From NCBI GenBank assembly GCA_040285825.1, contig JAUPSS010000002.1:2418001-2482000 (forward strand): a stretch of DNA of 64,000 bases, written 5' to 3'. Positions 53,162-63,297 of the stretch are shown piece after piece. Within the stretch, counting starts at the first letter, position 1. The number at the start of each line of letters is the position of its first letter. The stretch comes from Eukaryota sp. TZLM1-RC (taxonomy: Eukaryota; Protista; Metamonada: BaSk clade). A program made the translations under genes and the position numbers. The notes under the pieces were generated by a model. That model worked only from the letters and a program-made list of their open reading frames with translations. It was not told the origin of the DNA and ran no database searches.

Positions 53162-54822
53162 CAGTTGACCACATTCAACAGCACGGTCAACAACATTGTT
53201 GACTGTGAAGGAAATGAAGACAGTGAGAGACAAGTAGATGGGGGTTAAAAACCTGCCAAAATATGCAACCAGAAGTAGAGCATGGGGTTTTTAGATTTCA
53301 TTTGTGGTTATTATTTGCATCACTTTGACTTAAACCCTAATGACATTTTACCAAAAATTGAAACGCAATTTTTTCGTGACGCTTTTCTTGAGGTCACGAC
53401 TCAAAGTGAAGAGGAAAATTCCCTTAACGCAAAGACAAAAACAGCTTTACAAAATCCTCGTTGTGCGCCATTGTTGGAATTCTAACACAAACACTTTAAA
53501 GACAAAGTTGATCCAAAAGTTTTATTAAAAAAAGTAATAAGTAAAATTTTGTATTACACAATTGACAAACAGATTGTGAATTTCAAAAATAACATCCAGG
53601 AGCATTACTTTGATGGATTTAACTTTGCTGATGAATGATGAGAAGTTTTTCTTATCCTGTTTTTTCAGGATGTTATAGTTTCTCTTAACATCATAGAAAA
53701 CATCAACAAACCGATCCAAGTACTCCTTATAGAAGGATGTAGAAATATTGATGGTAAAACTTCTACAATGAGAAACAAAGTCTCATCAATTACTTCGCTT
53801 TTGATTAATGACCGGATCACTCATTTATTTCCCAGCAATTCAAAAGGGGAAAAATTTTCAAAATTTGATTTTTCTTCAAAATCAAATTACTATTTGAGAG
53901 CAATGTTTTATATTGATAATTATTTAGAAGATGAGGAGAGAAAACTGTTTCAGGCTCTGCCTTTGAAGAATTCTTGTATTCCCTCCTATATCAGAATTGA
54001 CAAGACAAGTTTATTGGACTTGTTCTTTGGCGAATTCAAGGACGTTCTTGGTCAAAAGTTCTCCTACCAATGCAATAATCAAGCTGCTGATTTGGTTCTA
54101 TGGAATACCATTTACAAATGGATAAGATTAAAACACCAAACTTTATTCAGAAAGTTCCAAGTACATCAAGTCTAGTATCGAGACTGATGGAATAGCAGTA
54201 TCATTCATTCAATCCAAAATTGACTTGAAAAAATTCAAGGTAACTGCAAAGAAATTGAAAGATAAAGAAGAATATGTTGATGATCCCAGATTTACACCTT
54301 CTGAATTTCAAGATATGACCCTGGCTGATCCAGGGAAATCTGTTCTACTCTATTTTTCTGCCAATTTAGCTACTGGAATGACTCATTCAAAAAAACCTGA
54401 GAGATATCAATATGTTCATTTTAGGTACACTCAAAATCAAAATCTTTTGAATTTATGAGTTTCGAACCAGTTGCTGTTGTTTCAACTGTACGAAAGAGGA
54501 GAAAACAGTTGAAACATTCCGATGGTGCAGAAACCCTAGGCCAAGGAAGAGCCATGAGATGTCTATTCGTCACGAGCTTACCAAGTGTAAATCATGTGAA
54601 AGTTTGTGGATTAGAGATCGAAATGCTTCGCTGAATATGTTGGCAGTGATGGAAGCACATGTAAAGGGTGGACATAGACCGGTATACCTGCAGAAAGTCA
54701 AGGTTGATGACCATTCAAAGGAAAAGGTTTCAAGAAGAAAATCTTCCTCCACTTCCCAAAACTCAATCTCTTTACATCGGTGTAAAAAGGACACTTATTT
54801 CATTGTTATAGACATCATCTGT
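53162..54822 (+). pseudogene. Fanzor1 (eukaryotic TnpB-like RNA-guided nuclease) element, frameshifted and internally deleted
   Basis: Ordered motifs: FICGYYLHHF...PKI, FKNNIQEHY, YLRAMFYI...KLFQALPL...IPSYIRID, IETDGIAVS, RuvC-I ADPGKSVLLY (D 54327), FRYTQNQ, RuvC-II EFRTS (E 54457), CFNC...KCKSC zinc finger, RuvC-III WIRDRNASLN (D 54616), RPVYL. Left end tentatively TA|CAGTTGA at 53160. Confidence 0.85.
54690..54822 (+). ncRNA. Putative Fanzor omegaRNA scaffold region (element right end)
   Basis: Lies after RPVYL; conserved in the second copy (47900-48009); contains hairpin TTTACA-TCGG-TGTAAA. Position inferred from known TnpB/Fanzor architecture. Confidence 0.5.
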
Positions 54823-54827
54823 CACAA

Positions 54828-55292
54828 ATGGGTAAACGTAAAGCACCAATAGCACCTAAAAAAACCAGCACTAAGGTTCCTCGTCGCTTTGACTGTCGTT
54901 TCTGCGAGGCTCCTGCTTCCTGCAGTACAACAATGGATAAAGAACAACGCAAAGGCTTTATTGAATGTTCTCGCTGTGGTAGATCTTGGAACTGTGATAT
55001 TACTCCACTTGACAAACCAATAGATGTCTATTACAGTTGGATAGATGCCGCTGAACGTTTCATGAAAGAGTCTGGTTTAGTTGAACCTCAACAAGTCCAA
55101 GAACAACCTCTTATTCGCAAGACTGATGAAGAATCTGTTGATGTGTCACATGAACCAATGCCTGAAGAAGCCGAGTCATCTGAAGATGAATATGTACCAT
55201 CGGCGAGGAGAGCAAGGGTGGAGGAATCTGATTCCGAACAAGAAGTGGTTTCTGAGGAGCAAGGTGATAATGTTGACTCTGATGAGGACTAG
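54828..55292 (+). CDS. ELF1: Transcription elongation factor Elf1 (zinc ribbon, acidic tail)
   Basis: MGKRK...FDCRFC...CSRCG...PIDVYYSWIDA, the Elf1/ELOF1 signature. Confidence 0.93.
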   Translation: MGKRKAPIAPKKTSTKVPRRFDCRFCEAPASCSTTMDKEQRKGFIECSRCGRSWNCDITPLDKPIDVYYSWIDAAERFMKESGLVEPQQVQEQPLIRKTDEESVDVSHEPMPEEAESSEDEYVPSARRARVEESDSEQEVVSEEQGDNVDSDED

Positions 55293-55719
55293 ATCTACTT
55301 GCTAATTGTGGTGTTTATGTATATGGTTTAGGAATGGTTTGCCACTCAGTAGTTGCTTTATATAAGTCAATAATATTTTGGTAGAGGCATTGTATTGTTG
55401 GTTTTTGATAATAAAACATGAAATCGTACCTTGGATTTTTTTTCTTGATACAGTAGTGATTGGAAACCAATTTTAAATTCAATTGTGGTTATTTTTGCTA
55501 GAAAATCTGAATAATAAGACAATACTTTTTTGGTCAAGGGTCCTTCTTTTATCTTTCCACTTTAGAATTTCTGTGTGAAGATCTTTGTTTGCAATTTGCA
55601 CAATTATGTTGGAATAAAGTTCACTAAAGAAAACATACAGGTTGTTATTGTTTTAAATTATGATGGGTTAAATAGAAAATTTTTAAAAATGGAAATCAAG
55701 TTTTATTTCAGTGAATCAG

Positions 55720-56042
55720 TATTTATTGAACTTGCGAACTTAACAAAATAAAATCATAACTAATGGGACGAAATTCATTGAACCAAAATTTCCTCACAAA
55801 GTCTTGATCTGCTTGATGTCTAGCAAAAGCTTCTCTAATTGAAAAAATTGAGGCAATCTATAATAATGGCAAATTGAATCCGCAACCGTCACAAAAAGAC
55901 GTCCAACCTCTTCATTGTTTATTCTTGAACCATTTTTTGGAAATCACTCAAAAAGTTTCCTGCTTCTACTGATTGTCTTCCGTTAGAAAATAGGAAAGCA
56001 ATACAAACAAGTGGTCTATTTTTATCAGCATTAGCTTCTTCA
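55720..56042 (-). mobile_element. 3' fragment of CRE-like RLE retrotransposon (subfamily of 46245-46990)
   Basis: Minus strand matches IREALARQQADQD..EE.LVQ* and the 3' UTR TGAATTTCGTCCCATTAGTT. Confidence 0.8.
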
Positions 56043-56248
56043 AATAATGTGATGTTGCTGCTTTAACTAGCATTTGATCGTGATATCATATAGTAATAGA
56101 TCTAAAGTATGCTTAACGTCTATCAAGATTGCATGAATTGGTCAAAAGCTAGAAATGCGTTTTGTTGGAATAAACAAAAGTTTTCTCTTGTCATTCATCA
56201 CATTCCTATTGACTTTATTGTTTGAAAGACAGCTTATTTTTTCAAAAT

Positions 56249-57292
56249 ATGTATTATAGCACTCTTGCTCGGCCTTACAATGAGGACGACGAACATGACT
56301 CTCCTTTTGATGAAGATATCGATATAATATCTACTGGATCTGAAGACACTGAAATAGTCTCAAAATCTAATGGCTTTCGGGGATTCCTTCGTGGTTATTC
56401 AGTTTATGACGTCATGCCAGATTCAGGCAAAGTCATTATAATGGACCCAGATCTCTCCATAGCCCAGGCCATTGGTGTGCTGGTCTACAATGAGATTACG
56501 TGCCTACCTCTCTGGTGTTCACGGTCAAATTCCTTTTATGGTGTATTCACTGTTTGGGATTTGGTTGACATTCTCGTTGAAACCTATGATACACTTCATT
56601 CCACTCCCACCCCTTCCTCTAATTGGTATCACCTGGTCTCTGAACATTCGGTTAGAGGGTGGAAGGAAACCCACCCAAAGGACAACATTACCATACTTCC
56701 TACTGCTCGCTTATCAGAAGCTCTCCACGTACTCCGGACTAAACACATGCATAGGCTTCCTGTAGTTGATGACAGTGGATCAGTTCTGCATATCATTTCA
56801 CCAAGGAGAATAGCAAACTTTTTGGTAGGAAAGTACAGAAGAACTGATGACGTTTCACTTAAAAAAACTGTTCATGAGCTGGCGTGTGCTGGCGTTGGGG
56901 TATTTGATGTGAGTCGTATAGTGACCTGTGAGATGACTGATTTATTAATTGACGTTTTGAGGGTACTCAAACAAGAACGAATCGCTTCTGTGGTAATTGT
57001 TGAAAAACTCCCAGGAGGAATCAAGCCCGTGAATATCTTTAATACCGCTGACCTTATAGGTTTGCTGTTTGGGTCTAGTCTTCCTAGTACCAATTTGTTA
57101 GTCAAAGATGCTTTGAAGTTTCAGTTACCAAGGAGAGAGGGCTTGCATGTGGTTAAGAAGGATGTTTTCTTAAAGAAATTGCTACAAGATTCTACTCAGT
57201 ATAGAATTCATCGGTTTATTTGTGTGGACGAAGATGGTTTTTTGTCTGGGATTATTTCTTTGGGAGATGTATTGAAAAGTTTTGGCGAATAG
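56249..57292 (+). CDS. CBS-domain protein, AMPK gamma / SNF4-like
   Basis: FLRGYSVYDVMPDSGKVIIMD, LPLWCS...FYGVFTVWD, MHRLPVVD, IHRFICVDEDGFLSGIISLGDVL (four CBS repeats); first ATG 56249. Confidence 0.85.
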   Translation: MYYSTLARPYNEDDEHDSPFDEDIDIISTGSEDTEIVSKSNGFRGFLRGYSVYDVMPDSGKVIIMDPDLSIAQAIGVLVYNEITCLPLWCSRSNSFYGVFTVWDLVDILVETYDTLHSTPTPSSNWYHLVSEHSVRGWKETHPKDNITILPTARLSEALHVLRTKHMHRLPVVDDSGSVLHIISPRRIANFLVGKYRRTDDVSLKKTVHELACAGVGVFDVSRIVTCEMTDLLIDVLRVLKQERIASVVIVEKLPGGIKPVNIFNTADLIGLLFGSSLPSTNLLVKDALKFQLPRREGLHVVKKDVFLKKLLQDSTQYRIHRFICVDEDGFLSGIISLGDVLKSFGE

Positions 57293-57869
57293 TTTGTATA
57301 GTTTCTTTGAGTTTTTTGTACATTGTAAAGCATTTTTTCAGGTATTTTTATTTACTTTTGAAGTATTCTTGGTGATTGAAATTAATTTTCAAAGTTGTCG
57401 CCTGTGAAACTATTCATATTCCTTCCAACTGATGCTCCATTCGTACTGATACGATTGTTTAAACAATAGAATGTTAAAGAATAAATGTAGATTTGGCAAA
57501 TTGTAAATGAACCAACTCAAGAAGTTCTCAATTATGACTCACCTTATTAGAAGCTTATTCTGTGGATCAATGGAGAAATAGGGTTGTGATTGAACAACAA
57601 CACTTGATTCAAAACAACACAGACAGTAATGGGACGAAATTGAATATAAATCCAAAAATTAGAAAAAGATGCTATGCTTCATTTTAGAATTTAAGAATAG
57701 TGAATTTATTAGATTACAAAAATAATTTTATTCACCTTTTTGGTTTTCATTCGATAATAAAAACAACTTCTAATCTATTATAAACTTATTAATTAAACTG
57801 TGAATTGAAAAAAAAAGAATTGAAAAAATTTAAGAAGCACAAGCGACACATTGTGACAAGCCTAAATTT

Positions 57870-59042
57870 TCAGTGTTGGCCTCTATTCTTTGTTGCCAAC
57901 ACCAATCGTTGGTAAAGCCAGGTACTCAGCTTCGGAATTTCAAAGGCTTTCCCTAATCTTTCCTGCCAAACATTGGGCTGAGAAGTCAATATTTCAGAAT
58001 GATCTTCGTAGTCAGTGACAAGCTCTGACAAGCAAGAATAAGGATCACTAATGAAATTTTCAAGTCGTTTGACATTTGTTTCCTTCTCTGTCAGGGCTTC
58101 ATCAACGAGAGGTCCAATTTCATTGTCAACGTCCACAAAATTTTGGTATTGAGGTTTCTTTGGGTGAAATTCAAGTTCTACGTTTACCAAACCTTCTTTA
58201 TGACCTATACTTATGGTCTTCTCGACTCTCAAAGGATAAGCTAATACAAGGTTTTGAGAAATGATGGAAGAAAGTTGCTGAGTTGTTACGGAGTGATGAG
58301 GAGCAATCAAATTCCCAATCAAGCTGTCATCACCTGCTTTGATCACGTAATCATCCCCAATCAGCTTCTTTGCACTACAGTACCTCATAACGCTCATAAT
58401 AACATTAGAAAGAGTCAAGACCATTCTAGGTAATTTTGGCCTACTGTTTTGATCTAAAAAGGCCTCTACTAACGGAAGCAATTTCTCATTTAGTTTAAAT
58501 AATGATGTTGTTGTGTTGGGCTGCAACACAACAACAATAACAAAAGAGGACTCATTAGATGGGATTTTGTAAACGTGATCATCTGGACTATCGTTGACCG
58601 GATACGTGACTATAAGAGTGTTCTTGGCAGCAGAATAAACTTCAACAGAGACAGACTTGAAAATGTCCAAAAGGGTCAAGGGAACATCTGAAACTGAGCT
58701 GGATATCTGTGGAAATCGTAGAGAAAGGTCAGTAGAACGAGGAGAAGTAGCGGTGAGCGATATTGAGATGGAAAGGTGGGCATGGGTTAAGCGGGAAGGT
58801 GACATAGGGTAGTTACAGTCTAGGCGAGTGCGTGCAGAGAGTTGGTCAGCCTTCTGTTCAAGACGACGTAGTGATGAAAGAAGAGCAGCTTCACGGAAGG
58901 ACGAAGTTAAATGCTTAGACACTATACGTGATTTTCCATGTCGTGAAGCTTGATACTGAGACAGCACATTGAGGGTCTTTGAGTACTGTGTAACTCGGTC
59001 CTGAAGTTCAAGATTGGATGTTTGGTGAGAGAACCCAAACAT
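57870..59042 (-). CDS. SWI/SNF subunit SMARCD/BAF60 (Swp73)-like SWIB protein, divergent
   Basis: LRRLEQKADQLSARTRLD and LSISIS, IFKSVSVEV, FKLNEKLLPLV, TLSNVIMSVMRYC resemble SMARCD motifs in the expected order. Confidence 0.7.
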   Translation of the reverse strand: MFGFSHQTSNLELQDRVTQYSKTLNVLSQYQASRHGKSRIVSKHLTSSFREAALLSSLRRLEQKADQLSARTRLDCNYPMSPSRLTHAHLSISISLTATSPRSTDLSLRFPQISSSVSDVPLTLLDIFKSVSVEVYSAAKNTLIVTYPVNDSPDDHVYKIPSNESSFVIVVVLQPNTTTSLFKLNEKLLPLVEAFLDQNSRPKLPRMVLTLSNVIMSVMRYCSAKKLIGDDYVIKAGDDSLIGNLIAPHHSVTTQQLSSIISQNLVLAYPLRVEKTISIGHKEGLVNVELEFHPKKPQYQNFVDVDNEIGPLVDEALTEKETNVKRLENFISDPYSCLSELVTDYEDHSEILTSQPNVWQERLGKAFEIPKLSTWLYQRLVLATKNRGQH

Positions 59043-59311
59043 TTGAGCTGCTTGTGTAAGGCTTCACTAATTTGTTTATCATTTATTATATTTTTCACTT
59101 TTCAACTGTTTTCATAAAGTTGCATTTGAAGATGTTTTTTGATTGTTCTAATTATTGCTGACTGGCAAAATCAGGCAGAAGTTGACATTTACCATAGATT
59201 AAACATGAATCATCAAGCAATTTTGATTCGCAACTGATGCATAAAATACACTTCAGACTTTCACAACAATAAGATTTATTGAAAGTTAGTTACCAAAATA
59301 GTAATATATTT

Positions 59312-59569
59312 TCAAGTACCGAAGAAAACATCAGGATCCACTGCTTCATATTCATCCTCCCAATCTCCCCCTGTATGGTAATGTACAGTAAAGAATTGAG
59401 GTGATTCAATTACATTTTGGTCAGAACCCCATAACGGTGTTCCTGGTTCAGCAGACACAGATGATGGTGTGTTTGTAATAGCTGATGGAGTAATTGCTTC
59501 ATGCTCAGAGTCTGAGGAGAGCATTGCAATTGGACTTTCGAATATTAAATCACTTTTCAATATAGGCAT
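59312..59569 (-). CDS. Small acidic hypothetical protein (85 aa)
   Basis: ATG-initiated ORF with higher GC than its flanks; no recognisable domain. Confidence 0.35.
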   Translation of the reverse strand: MPILKSDLIFESPIAMLSSDSEHEAITPSAITNTPSSVSAEPGTPLWGSDQNVIESPQFFTVHYHTGGDWEDEYEAVDPDVFFGT

Positions 59570-59619
59570 TATATGTATTTGAAAAATGGGTCAGTAGATT
59601 GCTAAGTTTAATTCATAAA

Positions 59620-60230
59620 TGTTAGTATTTTGCGAAGTTTGAGAAGTTTTTGTCACAGAGGGAAAGTTTTTGGACTATTACAAAAAAAGCTTGATGTGCA
59701 TATAACATTAGATGTTTTCCTCTCCACATTTACACAGTCCAACAGCACTGCAAAGGCATAAATACCTAAAAGGATTGAACCTTCGGATGGTCAAATCTCA
59801 TTTTGATAAACTTCATTGATTATTATCAAAGAGTCTGTTTTGTTTCCGTAAAAGAGTGTATACCAGCAATATTCACATTGTTAAATGTTGCCTTAAGTCG
59901 TGAAATTCAGATAAAGAGTGAGATAAAGCGAATTGTATAAAGATTTATTATGCCTCTATTCTATTTAAACCTAAAGTCACTGACATATTTTCTATTATGA
60001 ACCTAAACTATATCTTACATCAAATTAGACTTTGTCTGTTCATTGATGGAAGATGAGGGGAAATGAAAAAGAGGCTTTAATACACGAGATTCTTGCATTT
60101 CTTGAAATCTCTGTCTTTGACAGCATCATGTAAGGAAGAACGATATAAAAACAATTTAGGACAATTGATGGCGGTTTGCTGTATGGGAACATTTGACCTA
60201 CACCCTACAAGGAAATATCTACATCAATAG
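59620..60230 (-). mobile_element. Highly decayed RLE retrotransposon remnant
   Basis: Minus strand AINCPKLFLYRSSLHDAVKD (~60115-60175) matches HALNCSKLITYRSS of the 46245 copy; boundaries approximate. Confidence 0.55.
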
Positions 60231-61029
60231 TGAGAAACTCTATATTCTTCCTCTGCTGGTCACGATACACTCACTTCCCACCTCTATTAAAAACGTTAGA
60301 ATAAACTGAGCACATAATTGGTTCAAAGTATCGAGTCAAGTAGAAAAAGTTAAATGAGTTGTTGTAGAGCACAATCTGGTAGATCCCAGTGTTAGTTGTT
60401 TCATTAGTATTTTTTATTGGTTATAAAATTTTATAAGATCTTATTTGAAAATTGGGCAATTTGGCTTAAAAAAGCTGAGTAGTGTGGGTAAAAAAACGAG
60501 GTTTTAAAAAGCAAAACGGTTTGGTTTTGGTTTGGTTTAGCAAAAACAGTGGAACCATTTACACCCTACTAGAGGTAAATCGAGCTGATGTTGATGACCA
60601 CTAATAGAGATACAGTGGATAGGCATTTGATGCCATTGTGGAAATTGGCAATCAATTTGAACTTGCAATCAGCATGTCAGACATCGTGTCAGACAGCGAG
60701 ATTATCTTGACTCTTCCCATTCTTCTAACATCATGCAGCAAAAGAAGAACAAGGATAACGAGGTTACGGACTCAGTTCCCACCTCCTCCTTCAACCTGTT
60801 CTTCAAAGAACGACCGAGTACTTCTTCCCGAACTCCTCAGTCGGGAACAGTCATCCTGTTTTACAGGAATAAACGGAAGGTCAGAGCCTCGATTTCCTAT
60901 CGAAACCGTCGTTCTGATCCTTCCGTGGGGGTAAAGTATTGCACTTTTTTGAGTCATCATGTGAGTCATGATATGGGTGCTGTTGAATCAGCCATGGTGC
61001 TAATCACCTTGCATATGGAATGCTCTTCT

Positions 61030-61445
61030 TTGTGTTTTGTTTTGAATTGTTATTTTGATGTTATTGAGTTTGTTGTTTTTTGTTGCTTAGCTATTTGTAC
61101 TGTAGATATGGGATGTTGTTCTTGTTTGTGTTTTGTTTTACATTGTTGTTACTTTGATGTTTTTGATTTTGTTGATTTTTTTGGTTTAGGTACTTGCACT
61201 TTGAATATGGGATGTTTTTTTTGTTTGTGTTTTGTTTTGAATTGTTGTCTTGATGTTTTTCAGTTTGTTGTTTTTTGTAATTTACGTACTTGTACTGTAG
61301 ATGTGGGATGTTTCTTTTGTTTATGTTTTGTTTTACATTGTTATTTTGATGTTTATGAGTTTGTTCATTTTTGTGGTTTAGATTTTTGCACTTTAGATAT
61401 GGGATGTTGTGTCTTAAATTGTTATTTTGATAATGTTGAGTTTGA
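61030..61445 (+). repeat. ~4.5 tandem 96-99-bp units encoding a 32-33-aa Cys-rich hydrophobic repeat
   Basis: Units start 61030, 61126, 61225, 61321, partial 61408; CFVLxCxFDVxxFVxFCxLxxCTxDMGCxxCL; length differences are multiples of 3. Confidence 0.9.
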
Positions 61446-62914
61446 TTATTATGTTTATAGTTTATTTTTTCAATCCAGAAGCTGCCAACATCTTCTATCA
61501 ACAAACCCATTTACTGTTGATTTAACAATGGATGGAGATGTTGAAGCAAATTCTGGTCACAGAAAGAGAAGATCTAATTTTGAATCAACTCCTCCATCAA
61601 AAATTATAAGAAATGCAATTTTTGACCAACAAACATCAAAGCGTAAGCTAAAAAAACAACAAAAAGCACTGAACCGAGAAATTTGTATTGAGAATACAAT
61701 GTTGAATATCGAGAACAGGAAGATTTTGACAAAAAAACCACTGAAACCGAGTATGGTCAAAAAAATTGAGCCAAGTCGTAGTGGTTTCAAGCCTGATTTA
61801 TTGATTCAATTCAAATCAATGACCTCAAATCAATATCTTCCCATTGTTATGTGCTTTGATCTTAAAACCTATCAGGATGGTCATCTTTATCAAAATCATG
61901 ATGGCCAATTTCTCCCTCCTGATGAGATTATCAACAAAAAGAGAAAAGAGGGTGCAAATCATTTGAAAAAGAAAACTGATGAGCAGAAGGGTGAGTCGAT
62001 TTCAGATCAAAAAGTGGCTTTAATTTCGATTGTTGTTGGTAAGTTTGATCGCCATAATTTCTTTTTGGAGAGTAAATATTCACTTATATTGAGAATGAGT
62101 CCTCAAATCAGATTACCAGACATTGATATGGATGTTCAGGCAGAAATATTCTCTGACGAAAAAACCTTGCTTCGTGGGTTCCTCAACATTATTGGTAATC
62201 ATCAACCCCATTTTTTTCTTAATCACAATTTAATGCAGTTTTATTTACAGGTTTTAAAAAATAGATTGAATTATTTTGATTTATCATTTCCCACTGTTCC
62301 AGATGATACAGCAATTGATGTACTCAATCAACTTTCACTAAGATGGAGAGAAGTTGTCATCAGGGAAAATGGCTTTTTTCTTTTAGATACTTGGGTTTTT
62401 GCCAAAAAATTTATTAAAATATTCTACGGACATGGATTAGGCAATCTGGCATATAGAATGATAAATGAAAAGAAAATGAAACTTCATCAGGAATTTTCTC
62501 ATATTTTGCCAATTGATTGTTTAGCTACTTCTCCTCTGATACAAAATTCAATTCAATATGGGCTTCATGATTGTATTCTTTGTCTGAAACTTTTCATGTT
62601 GTTTCAGAAAGACAAATTTATACTATCATCTTATAACACCATTCGTGCAACCGTCAACTCAATGGTTAAACATTCAAATGTGATACTCAAATTGAGAAAA
62701 ACTGCTGTAAATTTTCAACAGTTACATATTCACACCACATGTTGCTTAAAGCTGTATTTACAGTCTTGTTTTGAACGTAATTTTATACCACCACGAATAT
62801 CTGCCCAATTATATGAATCATTAATGGCCAGAATTCGTTATACTTCAGCTGAGTATTATGGGCAAGAAATGGTGAAACCAAAAAGTGCATTTCCAGAGGA
62901 TTTCTTTAATCATC

Positions 62915-63297
62915 TTATTTATTGAATTTACACACTTAATTAAATTAACTCATAACTAATAGGACGACTATCATTGAACCAAGATTTCCTCTACAAAATC
63001 TTGATCTGCTTGCTGTCTAGCTAAAGCTTCTCTTATTCGATTGAAACACCGAGGTAATCTATTAAAATGGCAAATTGAATCCGTGAACGAAATAAAAATA
63101 TCAAATCTTTTCATTGTCTTTTCTTGCACCATTTTTTGGAAGTCATTCAAAAAAGTTTCTGCTTCATCTGATAATCTTCCATTTATCGAAAATGGGAAAG
63201 CAATAAAAACCAGCTGTGTATTTCTACCGGTATTAGCCTCTTCAATATCTTTATCATATTTTCTATGTTTCTCTTTTGCTTTAAAATCAAGAGCAGT
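62915..63297 (-). mobile_element. Short 5'-truncated RLE retrotransposon inserted into the exonuclease-Fanzor gene
   Basis: ALDFKAKEKHRKY...REALARQQADQDFVEEILVQ* and 3' UTR match 46605-46988; A-rich tail at 62915-62923. Confidence 0.85.

Noticed and set aside
61030-61445. CRISPR-like array
   Set aside because: Units are diverged along their full length with no constant repeat/unique spacer alternation; eukaryotic context.
61091-61510. Minus-strand N/K/Q-rich ORF
   Set aside because: Antisense shadow of the T/G-rich repeat; the plus frame links to recognisable domains.
61801-62630. Complete DNA polymerase B / Polinton or giant-virus polymerase
   Set aside because: Only exonuclease motifs are present; no DxxSLYPS, KxxxNSxYG or YGDTDS follows, and Fanzor-type motifs come next.
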